Origin: a virus
IMG/VR virus record: IMGVR_UViG_3300028898_000325
Coordinates: 2,631-66,630 of that record
Strand: one strand, 5' to 3'
DNA: 64,000 bases
Both the position numbers and the translations under genes were made by a program. Of the stretch, positions 63,581 to 64,000 are shown one piece after another. Below the pieces are notes generated by a model. That model did no database searches. It was not told the origin of the DNA and saw nothing but the letters and a program-made list of their open reading frames with translations. The stretch's first letter is position 1. Each line of letters opens with the position of its first letter.

Positions 63581-63966
63581 AGGCTGTTCTTTAAAAAGTT
63601 TTCGCTCTCGCTGTCATCAATTAATTCATCAAGCCTTACAAAATATTCAGAGTTGTACTCTCCGTCCGGATAGCCCGCTAATTGATAATAAACAACTCCG
63701 CCATCACCAGTGTACAAATCAGTTACAAGACATAGTTCATTGTATTGTGGCCCGTGGCATTGTACCTTTTCTACAACAACATGAGTGCGCTTTATAAAGC
63801 CAAAAAAACTCCAAACAGGCGCAAGCCTTGCAGGCAGGGTTCTCTCCCAATTCCCACGACCCTTGCAAACAACTTTGAATAAGTACATAATTGAACTACA
63901 CTTTTTGATTGTTAACCATCCCGCATTTTGTGCACTTCCATCCTGCAGTTGTTTCGCCTTCTTCAA
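63577..63966 (-). CDS. Hypothetical protein
   Basis: 129 aa (start uncertain); YYQLAGY....YNSEYF. Confidence 0.5.
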   Translation of the reverse strand: MKKAKQLQDGSAQNAGWLTIKKCSSIMYLFKVVCKGRGNWERTLPARLAPVWSFFGFIKRTHVVVEKVQCHGPQYNELCLVTDLYTGDGGVVYYQLAGYPDGEYNSEYFVRLDELIDDSESENFLKNSL

Positions 63967-64000
63967 GCGTTACTCTTTGAGCCTGACGACAGCTGCCACA

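Noticed and set aside
57661-63797. + strand ORFs opposite the replication module (e.g. 57855-58364, 63161-63673)
   Set aside because: Shadows of minus-strand genes with clear catalytic motifs.
1-64000. Integron integrase or other tyrosine/serine recombinase
   Set aside because: No ORF shows recognisable R-H-R-H-Y tyrosine recombinase or serine recombinase motifs. The arrays are therefore reported as integron-like, not as complete integrons.
1-64000. Stop-codon reassignment as in some crAss-like phages
   Set aside because: Large virion genes are intact in the standard code, and TAG, TGA and TAA all occur at plausible gene ends.
1-64000. tRNA, rRNA, DGR or intron features
   Set aside because: No cloverleaf with T-loop and D-loop consensus was seen, and no reverse transcriptase or template/variable repeat pair. 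Inspected by eye only; tRNAscan-SE and Infernal would be decisive.

Overview
This is a 64-kb segment of a tailed dsDNA phage or prophage genome, read in the standard genetic code. The host is inferred to be a Bacteroidota bacterium from TAnnTTTG -7 promoter boxes, A-rich starts without Shine-Dalgarno sites and A-x-A/S|Q signal peptides. Layout: (i) 1-18.7 kb, the 3' end of a phage GroEL followed by an accessory/early region of small genes (XRE regulators, secreted trypsin-like protease, YopX-like, NPPF methyltransferase, DUF4326, GroES-like); (ii) 18.8-56.8 kb, a + strand podovirus/crAss-like virion and lysis operon (double GroES, ring-like and muzzle-like tail proteins, ejection proteins with an inserted ferritin, LPD38/zincin polyvalent protein, TerL, portal, scaffold, MCP, SGNH and beta-helix proteins, holin-like proteins, spanin-like protein, M15 endolysin); (iii) 56.9-64 kb, a - strand replication module (SF1 helicase, RuvC-like, DnaC-like loader, initiator with iteron-like repeats, GIY-YIG, minimal PolX, beta-clamp-like, HNH-like). 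The main finding is two integron-like gene-cassette arrays (840-3309 and 10697-12549). They contain seven attC-like hairpins, and each of the seven cassettes has perfectly complementary 8-10 bp GTT/AAC cores at its two ends. Both arrays start at an armless attI-like site sharing a 17/19-identical motif. Phage-type genes lie antisense to the sites and several start inside the attC loop. No integrase is visible in the window. Protein calls come from recognising motifs by eye, not from database searches.
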